In this document: positions 29,119 to 39,688 of the stretch, one piece after another | Layout: every line of letters starts with the position of its first letter | Position numbering within the stretch: position 1 is the stretch's first letter | NCBI GenBank assembly: GCA_963667015.2 | Contig: CAXXJJ010000004.1 | Span: forward strand, 64,001 to 128,000 | Direction of reading: 5' to 3' | DNA: 64,000 nt | Source of the DNA: Desulfatiglandales bacterium | GTDB taxonomy: Bacteria; Desulfobacterota; DSM-4660; Desulfatiglandales; HGW-15 | Notes under the pieces: generated by a model | What the model was told of the DNA's origin: nothing | Databases searched by the model: none | Seen by the model: only the letters and a program-made list of their open reading frames with translations | Made by a program: the position numbers and the translations under genes

Positions 29119-30573
29119 ATGATTCTCACATTAATAGAAAAAGAATTGAAGTTAATTTTAACAAGTTCCAAGTTTGCAGCGGTTTTTGCAGTATGCACTA
29201 TCCTGATAGTTATGAGCGTTTATATAGGCATAGAAGAATATAAAACCGCAATGACCCATTATGAAACTGTTACAGCCCAGGTAACTCAGCAGATGAGAGA
29301 AGAAACAGAGTGGAACAGCCTGATTCCTCAGATAACCCGTTATCCGGATCCGATGCAGATATTTGTATCAGGAATAAACAATGATATCGGGAGACAGGCC
29401 AGAATATCAACCTACGGAACCGCAGATCTTATTAACAGTAATTACTCTCAAAACATGATATTTGCGGTATTCAGATCCATGGACCTGATGTTCATAGTGC
29501 AGATAGTGCTTTCACTCTTTGCAATACTGTTCACCTATGACGCCATCAATGGAGAACGTGAGAGAGGGACATTAAAGCTGAGTTTTGCGAACCCGGTCCC
29601 GCGTATTTCCTATATATTATCTAAAATCATAGGTTCATGGCTAGGCCTTGTTATACCGCTCCTTATACCCCTTCTGCTTGGAACAGCACTCATACTGCTT
29701 TATAAAATACCGATGACGGTCGCACACTGGAAACAGCTTGCATTTTTAATCGTTCTGTCAGTTCTTTATTTCAGTTTTTTTATCTGCTTTGGTGTGTTTT
29801 TCTCTTCTCTTACAAGAAATTCATCTTCATCCTTTCTCTATTTGCTGGTTATCTGGGTATGTCTTGTTCTAATTGTCCCACGAGCTGGTGTAATGATAGC
29901 GGGACATTTTGTGAAGGTGCAGACAGCATCTGAAATTTCATCACAGATATCACAAAAGTATGGTGAATTAAGCGATGAGTATATTGAAAAGATTCAAAAA
30001 TATGGAAAAGAACAGAGGGCCGGGCTTGAGAATCTCGAAAGAGAAGGTATCACATCAAGAGAAAAATTCCAGGAAAGGTATGAGGTGCTTAGAGAGGAGT
30101 ACAGGAAAAAGGCCAATGCAGCAGAGGAAGATTTTTCACAAAAATTAGCCGAATTTGATGCTGCCCTTAAGGAAGACTGGCTCAATAGAAAGGCAGTGCG
30201 TCAAAAGCTTGGTTTTTCTTTGTCAAGATTTTCGCCCGCATCAGCCTATCAGCTCGCGGCTATGGACTTTGCAGGAACCGGTATGAGCCTTAAAACAGAC
30301 TATGAGGATCAGCTTCGTACCTACAGCAGTCTATTCAGTAAATTCAAGGCTGATAAAATTGAAGCATCCGGAGGAAACGGCTATGCAAATGTCTTTGAAA
30401 ATAAAAAACCAGAGTCGCTGGACCTGAGTGAGATGCCCAAATTCAAGTATATTAACCCTGATTTAAGTAAGATATTACAATTCACAGTAATAGATGCGGC
30501 TATAATATCAGGTTATATACTTTTAATTATTTCTGGATCATTCATTGCCTTTATTCGGTATGATGTCAGATAA
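29119..30573 (+). CDS. ABC-2 type permease, type B copy 1
   Basis: IEKELK..KFAAVFAVC; FRSMDLMFIVQIV; YDAINGERERGTLKL; ends RYDVR. Confidence 0.9.
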   Translation: MILTLIEKELKLILTSSKFAAVFAVCTILIVMSVYIGIEEYKTAMTHYETVTAQVTQQMREETEWNSLIPQITRYPDPMQIFVSGINNDIGRQARISTYGTADLINSNYSQNMIFAVFRSMDLMFIVQIVLSLFAILFTYDAINGERERGTLKLSFANPVPRISYILSKIIGSWLGLVIPLLIPLLLGTALILLYKIPMTVAHWKQLAFLIVLSVLYFSFFICFGVFFSSLTRNSSSSFLYLLVIWVCLVLIVPRAGVMIAGHFVKVQTASEISSQISQKYGELSDEYIEKIQKYGKEQRAGLENLEREGITSREKFQERYEVLREEYRKKANAAEEDFSQKLAEFDAALKEDWLNRKAVRQKLGFSLSRFSPASAYQLAAMDFAGTGMSLKTDYEDQLRTYSSLFSKFKADKIEASGGNGYANVFENKKPESLDLSEMPKFKYINPDLSKILQFTVIDAAIISGYILLIISGSFIAFIRYDVR

Positions 30574-30588
30574 GGTTGTTCATAAGCT

Positions 30589-32004
30589 ATGCTGAAACTC
30601 ATAGTATATAAAGAGCTGAAAGAGATAACAGGTTCTGCAAAATTTGCAGCAACCTTTGGTATCTGCTCCTTACTCATTATCCTTGCTTTTATTACCGGCA
30701 TACAAAACTACCATAGCGGGGTGAGGGAGTATGAGGCCTCAAAGTCAGCTCAACAGAGTCAGTTTGAAGCAAGTAAATCATGGAAGAATGTGCCGCGGCG
30801 CAATGCCTACCTTCCTCATGAACCACTGGCAGCTCTTGTTATGGGAATATCCAATGATATAGGCCGGACTACCAATCTTTACGATACCAGTTTTCAGGTA
30901 ATGCGTAACAGTACCTACAGCCAGGATACAATATTTGCTGTGTTCCGCTTTCTGGATCTGGAATTTGTATTCATGATTGTTCTTTCCCTGTTTGCAATCC
31001 TCTTTGCCTTTGATGCTGTGAACGGAGAAAAGGAAAGGGGCACATTAAGGCTTTCATTTGCCAATCCGATTCCGCGCGCTGTGTATATACTTGGCAAAAT
31101 AATTGGCACTTTTCTGGCCCTTGCCGTTCCGCTGCTTGTGCCTGTTTTAATCGGAATGCTGTTTTTACCTTTAATGGGAGTCCATCTTTCCATCGGAGAA
31201 TGGGTAAGATTGAGCTTGTTTATTATCTGCGGCCTGCTTTACCTGGGAGTTTTTCTTTCCCTTTCTTTATTTATTTCCAGTGTAACAAAGCGATCTTCAA
31301 GTTCCTTTCTTTTCATGCTGGTAATCTGGGTGTTTTCAGTTCTTATTATCCCCAGGGCGTCTGTACTGCTTGCCGGAAATATTTACGCAGTTCCTTCATT
31401 ATCCAAAATTTATTATCAGAGACTGCAGTTAGAAATGAATAGTGCCAGAGATGTCCCGGAAAAAGTAAAAGAACCGGTTCAAAAATATATTCAGGAAATG
31501 AGCCAAAAAGCGGAAAAAGATCCGGATGCAATGAAGAAAATCAGCGCCGGGATCAGTGAAATTTATAATAAGGCTTATGGTGAGATTGATAAAGAGGTAG
31601 GCAAATATGTAAACAGGCTGTTTGAAGAGCGTTATAATGAACAGGACAAACAGGAAAAACTTGCGCTTGGAATCTCACGCATATCACCTACTGCAGTTTT
31701 TACGCTCGCGGCAACTGAGCTATGCGGCACATCGATTGAATTACGAAATAACTATCGGGAAAAAACCGCCGCATATGCAAAAATTTATGAAAAATTTCTT
31801 GAAGAAAAACAGAATCAGGATAACGCAGAAGGTAATAATTCCCAGGCGGTTAATACTGAAGAAATTCCGTTATTTGTATATGAGTCACATGAACTGCCTG
31901 TAATTATCCAGCGTGCTTTGCCTGATATGGGCATTCTGGCGCTTTTTAACCTGATATTCTTTTGCGGCGCTTTTACTGCTTTCCTGCGCTATGACCTTCG
32001 ATAG
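30589..32004 (+). CDS. ABC-2 type permease, type A copy 2
   Basis: Type A motifs; ends FLRYDLR. Confidence 0.9.
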   Translation: MLKLIVYKELKEITGSAKFAATFGICSLLIILAFITGIQNYHSGVREYEASKSAQQSQFEASKSWKNVPRRNAYLPHEPLAALVMGISNDIGRTTNLYDTSFQVMRNSTYSQDTIFAVFRFLDLEFVFMIVLSLFAILFAFDAVNGEKERGTLRLSFANPIPRAVYILGKIIGTFLALAVPLLVPVLIGMLFLPLMGVHLSIGEWVRLSLFIICGLLYLGVFLSLSLFISSVTKRSSSSFLFMLVIWVFSVLIIPRASVLLAGNIYAVPSLSKIYYQRLQLEMNSARDVPEKVKEPVQKYIQEMSQKAEKDPDAMKKISAGISEIYNKAYGEIDKEVGKYVNRLFEERYNEQDKQEKLALGISRISPTAVFTLAATELCGTSIELRNNYREKTAAYAKIYEKFLEEKQNQDNAEGNNSQAVNTEEIPLFVYESHELPVIIQRALPDMGILALFNLIFFCGAFTAFLRYDLR

Positions 32005-32014
32005 TGAGTCTGTT

Positions 32015-33448
32015 ATGCTTGGAACATTAATAGAAAAAGAGTTAAAGACAATCCTGTTAAGTCCTAAATTTGTCGCGGTCTTTGCTGTCTGTTCAATCCT
32101 TATTATTCTTAGCATCTACATTGGAATAGATGAATACAACACCGCCGTGAACCACTATGAGGCAGTTAATGCCCAGCTTGCCCAGCAGATGCGAGAAGAA
32201 ACAAACTGGGGATGGCTGCGGACAAACATAGTCCGCCGTCCCAATCCTATGGAGATATTTGTTACAGGAATTAATAATGATATCGGCAGGCAGTGCCCCA
32301 TAAATACCAATGATGTTATAAAACTGTACGGGAGCAGATACTCTGATCAGCTTCTGTTTTCAATCTTCAGATCTATGGATTTTATGTTCATCGTTCAGAT
32401 TGTTCTGTCGCTTTTTGCCATACTGTTTACCTATGATTCAATATGCGGCGAAAGAGAATCCGGTACGCTGAAGCTTAACTTTGCCAATCCAATCCCCAGA
32501 ACCGGCTTTATACTTGCAAAACTGATCGGATCATGGCTCGGGCTGATTATTCCACTTTTAATCCCGATGCTGCTGGGTGCTGCACTTGTGCTTGTATTTA
32601 AAATACCCATGACATCACAACACTGGCTACAACTGCTGTTTTTAACCGGTATATCTGTCCTGTATTTTACTTTTTTCATATGCCTTGGAGTGTTTTTTTC
32701 ATCGGTCACCAGGGGACCATCCACTTCTTTTTTATGTCTGCTCGTGGTGTGGATATGCTTTGTGCTGATAATACCTCGTGCCGGTGTCATGTCTGCAGGG
32801 CAGTTTATTAAAGTTGATCCTGCTGCGGAGATTGAATCAAAATTAACCCAGAAAAGAAGGCAGACATCCGAAGAGTTTAGCAGGTGGATGGACAATATGT
32901 CGAAAGAGCAAAATGCAGCTTTGTCTTCGATACCAAGAGAAGAATATCAGGAGAAATCAAAAGCCATATTTGAGGAGTATGATAAAAAATACGACGAAGA
33001 ACGGATCCGGACCACCCTTGAAGTAGACAGGTATTATATGTCTTTGCTTGAAGACTGGCGTAACAGAAAAGGAGAACTGGAAAGGCTCGGCTATGCAATG
33101 TCCAGGTTCTCACCGGCCTCAGCCTTTCAGCTTGCCGCCATGAATCTTGCCGGAACAGGTCTAAGCCTTAAATCACAATATGAAGATCAGCTTCATGACT
33201 ATAAAGGTGTATTCAACAGGTTCCGTGCTGAAAAAGAGATAGAAAGTGAGGCGAAAAATGCCGGCAATTCGGGAAATGGAAAAAAGGAAACCATTGATAT
33301 AACGGAGCTTCCAAGGTTCAGCTTTGTTGAAGAAAGTATATCAAAAAAGCTGACCGGTACCGTAATAGATATAGCAATACTTTCATTTTATATACTGTTC
33401 GCGATCGCAGGGGCATTCATTTCATTTAACAGATATGATGTGAGGTGA
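32015..33448 (+). CDS. ABC-2 type permease, type B copy 2
   Basis: Start MLGTLIEKELK by homology with other copies; ends RYDVR. Confidence 0.9.
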   Translation: MLGTLIEKELKTILLSPKFVAVFAVCSILIILSIYIGIDEYNTAVNHYEAVNAQLAQQMREETNWGWLRTNIVRRPNPMEIFVTGINNDIGRQCPINTNDVIKLYGSRYSDQLLFSIFRSMDFMFIVQIVLSLFAILFTYDSICGERESGTLKLNFANPIPRTGFILAKLIGSWLGLIIPLLIPMLLGAALVLVFKIPMTSQHWLQLLFLTGISVLYFTFFICLGVFFSSVTRGPSTSFLCLLVVWICFVLIIPRAGVMSAGQFIKVDPAAEIESKLTQKRRQTSEEFSRWMDNMSKEQNAALSSIPREEYQEKSKAIFEEYDKKYDEERIRTTLEVDRYYMSLLEDWRNRKGELERLGYAMSRFSPASAFQLAAMNLAGTGLSLKSQYEDQLHDYKGVFNRFRAEKEIESEAKNAGNSGNGKKETIDITELPRFSFVEESISKKLTGTVIDIAILSFYILFAIAGAFISFNRYDVR

Positions 33449-33473
33449 ATAAAAGGAGGAAGCAACGCAGCGT

Positions 33474-34928
33474 ATGTTCAAACTTATACTTTTTAAAGAA
33501 TTAAGGGAGATAATAGGTACTACAAAATTTGCCGTTACCTTTGGGATTTGTTCTATTCTTATTATTCTCGCCTTTTTCACGGGCATAAAGAATTATCAGA
33601 CCGGTATACAGGAATTTAATGATTCAAAAGCAGCAGAACTGCAGCAGTTTGAAAAATATACAAAATGGGATAGTGTCAACAATCACCGTGTTTTCCTTCC
33701 TCCCAGGCCCCTGGCTTTTCTTGTCATGGGAGTATCCAATGACATCGGGAGATCGGCAAGTGTTGACGGCCTCAACAGGCCGTCTCCTGGAGACAGCCTT
33801 TACAGTGAACAGCCCGTTTTTGCCGTATTCCGTTTTTTGGACCTCCAATTTATCTTTCAGATAATACTTTCTCTGTTTGCAATCCTGTTTGCATTTGATG
33901 CTGTAAATGGCGAGAAAGAAAGGGGGACATTAAGCCTGTCATTTGCCAACGCTGTTCCCCGTGCCAGCTATATACTTGGTAAACTTTCAGGGTCGTTCCT
34001 TGCACTGACCCTACCGCTCCTTATTCCGGTGCTGATAGGAATATTGCTGCTGCCTCTGATGGGGCTTACACTAACAAATGATGAATGGATCAGGCTGGGA
34101 TTGTTTATTTTATGCGGCATACTTTACCTTGGTGTTTTTCTGTCGCTCTCAGTATTCATATCCTGCCTTACTCAGCGCTCTTCCAGCTCATTTCTTTTTC
34201 TGCTTGTTATATGGGTATGTTCGGCCCTTATCATTCCGAGGGCTTCGGTATTAATCGCCGGAAATATCGTTGAAGTACCTTCCACTTCGGTAATCTATTT
34301 CCAAAGGATGCAGCTTGAGAGACAGAACTCTGCGGATATGGAAAAGAAACTCAGAGAATTTTTCAAAGAAATAAATCAGGCGCAGATGAATAATACGGAC
34401 AACAGCCCTGAGGCCACAGATAGGTTACAGACCAGGATTAATGATTTTCTGCAAAAAATTACTGATGAAAATAATGAAAAGCTCGAAAACCTTACCAGTC
34501 GCCTTAACGAAGAACGTCGTAATATACAGATAAAGCAGGAAAAACTCGCATTCGGAATATCACGTATTTCCCCTGCTGCTGTTTTTACACTTGCTGCAAC
34601 GACATTATCAGGGACATCTCTTGAATTACGAAATTACTTTCTTGAAAAGGCAGAAGAATATTCAGTATCCTTTGCGGGTTTTTTACACGAAAAAACCGGG
34701 CATAATGTTGGAGGTTCAAGGATAGTAATAAGGGTAATATCTGAAGAAGAAAATAAGAAACCGCCACAGCCGATAAACCCAGGAGAAATCCCGGAGTTTG
34801 TATATAAATCACCTGAATTAGCCGGTATTTTAAAGGACGCGTTTCCAGATATTACATTATTAATGTTATTCAACCTGATATTTTTTAGCGGTGCTTTTCT
34901 GGCGTTTTTACGTTATGACCTGCGCTAA
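33474..34928 (+). CDS. ABC-2 type permease, type A copy 3
   Basis: Type A motifs; ends FLRYDLR. Confidence 0.9.
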   Translation: MFKLILFKELREIIGTTKFAVTFGICSILIILAFFTGIKNYQTGIQEFNDSKAAELQQFEKYTKWDSVNNHRVFLPPRPLAFLVMGVSNDIGRSASVDGLNRPSPGDSLYSEQPVFAVFRFLDLQFIFQIILSLFAILFAFDAVNGEKERGTLSLSFANAVPRASYILGKLSGSFLALTLPLLIPVLIGILLLPLMGLTLTNDEWIRLGLFILCGILYLGVFLSLSVFISCLTQRSSSSFLFLLVIWVCSALIIPRASVLIAGNIVEVPSTSVIYFQRMQLERQNSADMEKKLREFFKEINQAQMNNTDNSPEATDRLQTRINDFLQKITDENNEKLENLTSRLNEERRNIQIKQEKLAFGISRISPAAVFTLAATTLSGTSLELRNYFLEKAEEYSVSFAGFLHEKTGHNVGGSRIVIRVISEEENKKPPQPINPGEIPEFVYKSPELAGILKDAFPDITLLMLFNLIFFSGAFLAFLRYDLR

Positions 34929-34942
34929 ACAGTGAGTTGATT

Positions 34943-36394
34943 ATGATAAAAATACTGATAGAAAAAGAGTTAAAGGCAATTTTATTAAGTCCGAAATTCA
35001 TTGCGGTTTTTGCTGTGTGTTCAATACTGATTATTCTGAGTATTTATGTAGGAATACAGGAGTACAGGGCCTCTCAAACCTATTATGATACAGTAAATTC
35101 CCAGGCTGATCAGAGAATGAAGGACGAAACAAACTGGATGGCATTGAGCACAGGTGTAAACAGAATACCAGATCCTATGCAGATTTTCGTATCAGGTATT
35201 GATAATGATATCGGCAGATCGGCACCAATATCACAGGCTGGCGCAATAAAACTGTACAACAGTAATTATTCTGAAAACACTGTTTTTGCGGTTTTCAGAT
35301 ACATGGACCTGATGTTTATCGTACAGATAGTCCTGTCACTATTTGCTATCCTGTTCACCTATGATGCTGTTAATGGAGAAAGAGAAGCAGGGACACTGAA
35401 ACTAAGCTTTGCCAACCCGATACCCCGTGCCAGCTATATAATTGCCAAACTTATCGGTTCCTGGCTCGGGCTGGTTATTCCGCTGCTTATACCTCTGCTG
35501 ATTGGTATTGCAATGGTATTGCTTTTTAAAGTACCAATGACCACGGCACACTGGATGCAGCTTGGTATGTTGAGCGTATTATCAGTCCTTTACTTCACTT
35601 TTTTCATCTGTATAGGTATATTACTATCTTCACTGACCAGAGGATCATCAACCTCATTTTTATACCTGCTTGTTATCTGGGTGAGCCTTGTTTTAATTAT
35701 TCCAAGGGCTGGGGTCATGGTAGCGGGGCAGTTCATCCCGGTGCCTACTGCTGCGGAAATATCATCAAAACTTTCACAAAAATCCCGGGAATTTACTGAT
35801 CAGTTTATTGAATGGCAGAAAACCCGTTTAAAAGAAATTTCTGCATCTCTCCAGAGTCAGGACCTTAAAGATATATCACCGGAAGAGCGCCAGATCAGGA
35901 CAAAGGAAGCCTATGATGGGTTTACTATAGAAAATAGAGAAGAGCAGGAAAAACTCTCTCAGAAAATAGCAGAATATGATGCCACACTAAATGAGGACTG
36001 GCGAAACAGAAAGGCCGAAAGAGAAAAACTTGGTTTTTCATTATCAAGATTTTCCCCTGCATCCTCTTACCAACTGGCTGCAATGGATGTGGCAGGGACA
36101 GGAATCAGTCTTAAGACAAACTACGAAGACCAAGCCCGTGCTTACAGCGGTATCTTTAATAAATTTCGTGCTAAAAAAGCCGCAGAAAAGGGCAATAATT
36201 TAATTAACCTTGTAGGAGGGGTAAACAAACGCGAACCTATTGATGTCAGTGAGGTCCCAAAATTCCAGTTTATTAATCCTGATTTTAGTCAAATATTACA
36301 ATCCATAATAATCGATGTCGGAATACTGGCATTTTATATTCTGATCACCATTACGGGATCATTTATCGCATTTACCAGATATGATGTAAGATAA
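34943..36394 (+). CDS. ABC-2 type permease, type B copy 3
   Basis: Type B motifs; ends RYDVR. Confidence 0.9.
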   Translation: MIKILIEKELKAILLSPKFIAVFAVCSILIILSIYVGIQEYRASQTYYDTVNSQADQRMKDETNWMALSTGVNRIPDPMQIFVSGIDNDIGRSAPISQAGAIKLYNSNYSENTVFAVFRYMDLMFIVQIVLSLFAILFTYDAVNGEREAGTLKLSFANPIPRASYIIAKLIGSWLGLVIPLLIPLLIGIAMVLLFKVPMTTAHWMQLGMLSVLSVLYFTFFICIGILLSSLTRGSSTSFLYLLVIWVSLVLIIPRAGVMVAGQFIPVPTAAEISSKLSQKSREFTDQFIEWQKTRLKEISASLQSQDLKDISPEERQIRTKEAYDGFTIENREEQEKLSQKIAEYDATLNEDWRNRKAEREKLGFSLSRFSPASSYQLAAMDVAGTGISLKTNYEDQARAYSGIFNKFRAKKAAEKGNNLINLVGGVNKREPIDVSEVPKFQFINPDFSQILQSIIIDVGILAFYILITITGSFIAFTRYDVR

Positions 36395-36483
36395 ATTAAT
36401 CCTGAAATAGATGTTTCCGGATTAAAGCTGCCAGATATCAGCTTTCAGCGACCTGTTCCGCCATAAGAATATTTGGAGATATT

Positions 36484-37365
36484 ATGCATAAGAAAATCAT
36501 TCTAATTTTATCAGGTCTCTCAGTTATTTTACTATTATTTACTTCTGTCTATTTCTATTGGGGCCCAGAGACATTTGCGTCAGATCAGAGGAAGGTGGAT
36601 GAGGGAAATATGTCCCAGTCACTGATCGATATTGAAAGACGTTTATCTGCTCTTGAGGATCAGTTGGATCGTGAAATCAATAGACTTAATAATCTGGAAG
36701 GTCTGATAGATGATATAGATAATAAGCCGGCTAATACAGCCAGCATCAAACCAGAGGTAAAGGAATCAGTAGTTAAGGTAACTGATTTGGGTACTGCATT
36801 CAAACAGTTGCAGGAAAGTTCAGATAATAAGAGATACGAAAGAATTGAGCAGATATCTCGTTTTAAAAAAGCCGGCTTTTCAGATGATGATGCACTCTGG
36901 CTGGTGGATAAGATAGACAATATCCGCATAGATGGGATGTATGAAGTATGGGAAAGACGCCGTCAGAACTACCTGGAGCAAAAAACAGAAAGTAAAACTG
37001 TGTTGAAAACTGCACGCGAGCAAATAAAAGAGAGGTTTGAACCGGAAGATTTTGAAAAATACCTGACAGCAATGGGAAACCATTTAAGCATTGAAGTATT
37101 CGGTGTTATTGATGATTCACCTGTGGCACAGGCAGGATTGCTGCCGGGTGACGAGATAATAAGTTATAATGGAGCGCGTGTTTATTACTATATGGAACTC
37201 GATGATGCTACGGTTCATGGAGAATTGGGAGAACCGGTCACACTGGGCATTATTCGTAATGGCGAGGAAATACAACTCAATATGGAACGCGGACCTCTGG
37301 GTTTTACAACCAGGCCGGACTTAATTGTTTTTACTCCTGCCGATCAAGTAGAAGGACGGAAATAG
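36484..37365 (+). CDS. Membrane-anchored coiled-coil + PDZ domain protein, copy 1
   Basis: N-terminal TM, coiled coil, DSPVAQAGLLPGDEIISYNG..RGPLG. Confidence 0.85.
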   Translation: MHKKIILILSGLSVILLLFTSVYFYWGPETFASDQRKVDEGNMSQSLIDIERRLSALEDQLDREINRLNNLEGLIDDIDNKPANTASIKPEVKESVVKVTDLGTAFKQLQESSDNKRYERIEQISRFKKAGFSDDDALWLVDKIDNIRIDGMYEVWERRRQNYLEQKTESKTVLKTAREQIKERFEPEDFEKYLTAMGNHLSIEVFGVIDDSPVAQAGLLPGDEIISYNGARVYYYMELDDATVHGELGEPVTLGIIRNGEEIQLNMERGPLGFTTRPDLIVFTPADQVEGRK

Positions 37366-37433
37366 TTTATCAATCTCAGAATATATATAAACTCTGGAAA
37401 TAATTCTCAATTTAAAATAATCCGGGAGACGTT

Positions 37434-38300
37434 ATGCAGAAAACAGTCATAATTATTTTAGGTGGTATCATACTTGGTTTAGTGTCGTTTATCTTTATTC
37501 GTTTCGATGGATTGCATAAATCAGATGCCTCCTTTATGAAGAGTCCGGATGCGGCTGTATCTAAAGCACTGGCAGATATTAAAAAGCGATTATCTGTTTT
37601 TGAAGAAAAAATGGCAGATGTGATCGATCGAAACACAGAACTGGAAATCCTAATAAATGACCTGGATAAGGATAATTTAAATAAGGCAAAGATCAAATCG
37701 GCGGCAGGGATATCTGGCGTTGAAAAAACACAGGGCCTTACAAAAGTAGTACTGGGAGGGGAGAGCGAAAAAGAGACAATGCCGGACATAGAAGAAAAAA
37801 TATCTCGTTTTACAGAAGCCGGACTCTCTGAAGATGATGCCAGATGGATTGTAGAAAAGCAGGACGAATGGGAACTGGATTCTCTATATTCACAATGGGA
37901 ACAGCGTCGTAAGCGCTTTCTTGAACAAAGTTCAACGAGAAAATCTTCAGTAGATGAAATAAAGGAACGACTGGGTCAGGAAGGTTATGAAAGGTATCTG
38001 AAATCAATCGGGTCAGATACCAGCGTTGTTATAGGTAGTGTTACAAAAGGCGCACCCGCTGATCTGGCAGGATTAAAACCGGATGATGAAATTATCAGCT
38101 ATAATGGCGAACGTGTTTATAACTATATGGAACTCGATGATGCTACAGTTCATGGTGAGTTAGGTGAATCTGTGACAGTTGAATTTATCCGTGATGGTAA
38201 AAATATGCAGATCAGTATGGAACGCGGACCACTCGGTTTCTTTTCCAAGATGAAGGCAGGGGTTTATTATACTTCGACACTTCCGGCTCTTTCTCATTAA
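37434..38300 (+). CDS. Membrane-anchored coiled-coil + PDZ domain protein, copy 2
   Basis: GAPADLAGLKPDDEIISYNG; shares YMELDDATVHGELGE with copy 1. Confidence 0.85.
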   Translation: MQKTVIIILGGIILGLVSFIFIRFDGLHKSDASFMKSPDAAVSKALADIKKRLSVFEEKMADVIDRNTELEILINDLDKDNLNKAKIKSAAGISGVEKTQGLTKVVLGGESEKETMPDIEEKISRFTEAGLSEDDARWIVEKQDEWELDSLYSQWEQRRKRFLEQSSTRKSSVDEIKERLGQEGYERYLKSIGSDTSVVIGSVTKGAPADLAGLKPDDEIISYNGERVYNYMELDDATVHGELGESVTVEFIRDGKNMQISMERGPLGFFSKMKAGVYYTSTLPALSH

Positions 38301-38429
38301 TTGACGAGTCAAATGAATTGAAGATATGGCAGCCTTTTTTTCTTTAAAAAAATTATAAGAAGTGATTGCAAAAATGATTCAAAGATATAAATTGATCTAA
38401 AATCATTTTATAATATAAGGAGAAATGCC

Positions 38430-38642
38430 ATGTCAAAAATGAGAATAGAAGCTCAGCCGTCACTGGAAGCATATGTTGGAGAAAATGGAAACATCTGTCT
38501 CAAGCAGGGTGGTACAGGTGGAGAGGATAAGGTGATAAGTATGCCGCTCGAACATATTAAAAAGGTTATAGAGTGGCTGCAGATTTTATATAAAGAGCAG
38601 GAGCATAAAACTACTCCTGATGATTTTGATGCCGTGGATTAA
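38430..38642 (+). CDS. Small hypothetical protein
   Basis: 70-aa ORF with AAGGAG RBS. Confidence 0.65.
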   Translation: MSKMRIEAQPSLEAYVGENGNICLKQGGTGGEDKVISMPLEHIKKVIEWLQILYKEQEHKTTPDDFDAVD

Positions 38643-38699
38643 TTCCGGACAGAGAAAGCCCTAAACAACGGGGATAGAACGGATCCTTTTTAATTTGAC

Positions 38700-38738
38700 A
38701 ATCTTCCACTCTTCGGTTTGCCCGGAGGGTGGAGGATT
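38700..38738. terminator. GC-rich hairpin, possible terminator
   Basis: AATCTTCCACTCTTCGG-tttgc-CCGGAGGGTGGAGGATT (with G-U pairs); no clear T tract. Confidence 0.45.
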
Positions 38739-39021
38739 CGACCAAGACTCAAAACCCGGTTTTCAGACTCCAATCTATAAAATCGCTGTTTATTTACTCA
38801 TACATGCGATCTTACCTTTTTCACTCCTTTTGAGGATGTTTTCATAAAAATCGGGGCTCAAATCATATTTAAAAGAATTATTCGGATATCTCATTTTGAA
38901 TTGCTCGGACCGATAAAAATGGTAAAATCTTCATATTGGTAAAAAAAATGATTGTGTCATGGATCAAATTAGTCTATTAAAGGCGACTTTTTATTTTTCA
39001 CATAAAACAGGAGATAATAAT

Positions 39022-39579
39022 ATGAAAGATATTTCAAATATAACACTATTTAGCGGTGGTCATAAAGGGGCTGAAGCAGAGTTCGGTAAACTGGCTGAAG
39101 CCTGGGGCTTTAAAGAAGTTAACTTTGTCTTTGAGGGACACAGTGCAGAGCGCACAGAAAATCTAACGGTTTTAAACAATGATGAGTTGAAAAAGGGAGA
39201 TGTCAGCATGGAGATAATTTCCATGAGGATGAAACGCTCTTACTCACGTGCAGAAAGGATTCGAAAAGTCATTCAGTCCATTTTTCACGTGATTAATAAT
39301 GGTTATCATGTCATCGCAGTTGGATGGATACAGAAGGATGGAACAGTAAAAGGCGGAACCGGCTGGGGAGTTGAACTGGCCAAGCTATTTAATCGTCCGC
39401 TGCATGTTTATGATCAGGAGCAAAAGGCCTGGTATGCATGGGAAGGCAATGAATGGGTTAAGAATATACCTGTTATAACATCAGACACCTTTGCCGGAAC
39501 CGGAACCAGAAATCTTTCAGAAGAAGGCAGGAAAGCCCTGTATGATCTTTTTGTCAGATCATTCGGGCCGAGTAAGTAA
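39022..39579 (+). CDS. Hypothetical protein, possibly SLOG-like nucleotide-binding fold
   Basis: SGGHKGAE and GGTGWGVELAK glycine motifs; ATG after AGGAG. Confidence 0.65.
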   Translation: MKDISNITLFSGGHKGAEAEFGKLAEAWGFKEVNFVFEGHSAERTENLTVLNNDELKKGDVSMEIISMRMKRSYSRAERIRKVIQSIFHVINNGYHVIAVGWIQKDGTVKGGTGWGVELAKLFNRPLHVYDQEQKAWYAWEGNEWVKNIPVITSDTFAGTGTRNLSEEGRKALYDLFVRSFGPSK

Positions 39580-39585
39580 TTACTA

Positions 39586-39623
39586 AACCGGAACCTCCTG
39601 CATTAATGAAGGTGGTTCCGGTT
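39586..39623. terminator. Terminator hairpin between convergent genes
   Basis: AACCGGAACC...GGTTCCGGTT followed by T run. Confidence 0.7.
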
Positions 39624-39688
39624 ATCGTTTTTTTCTGTTTTATACTGTTGATCTTGAATTCTGAATGTTAAATAAATAATTTTTAGTA

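Noticed and set aside
27656..36394. CRISPR array or DGR-type repeats
   Set aside because: The repetition is whole-gene paralogy; there are no short spaced repeats, reverse transcriptase or adenine-specific template/variable pair visible
38700..38760. Possible tRNA fragment (GGATTCGA)
   Set aside because: No cloverleaf can be built; it is a simple hairpin
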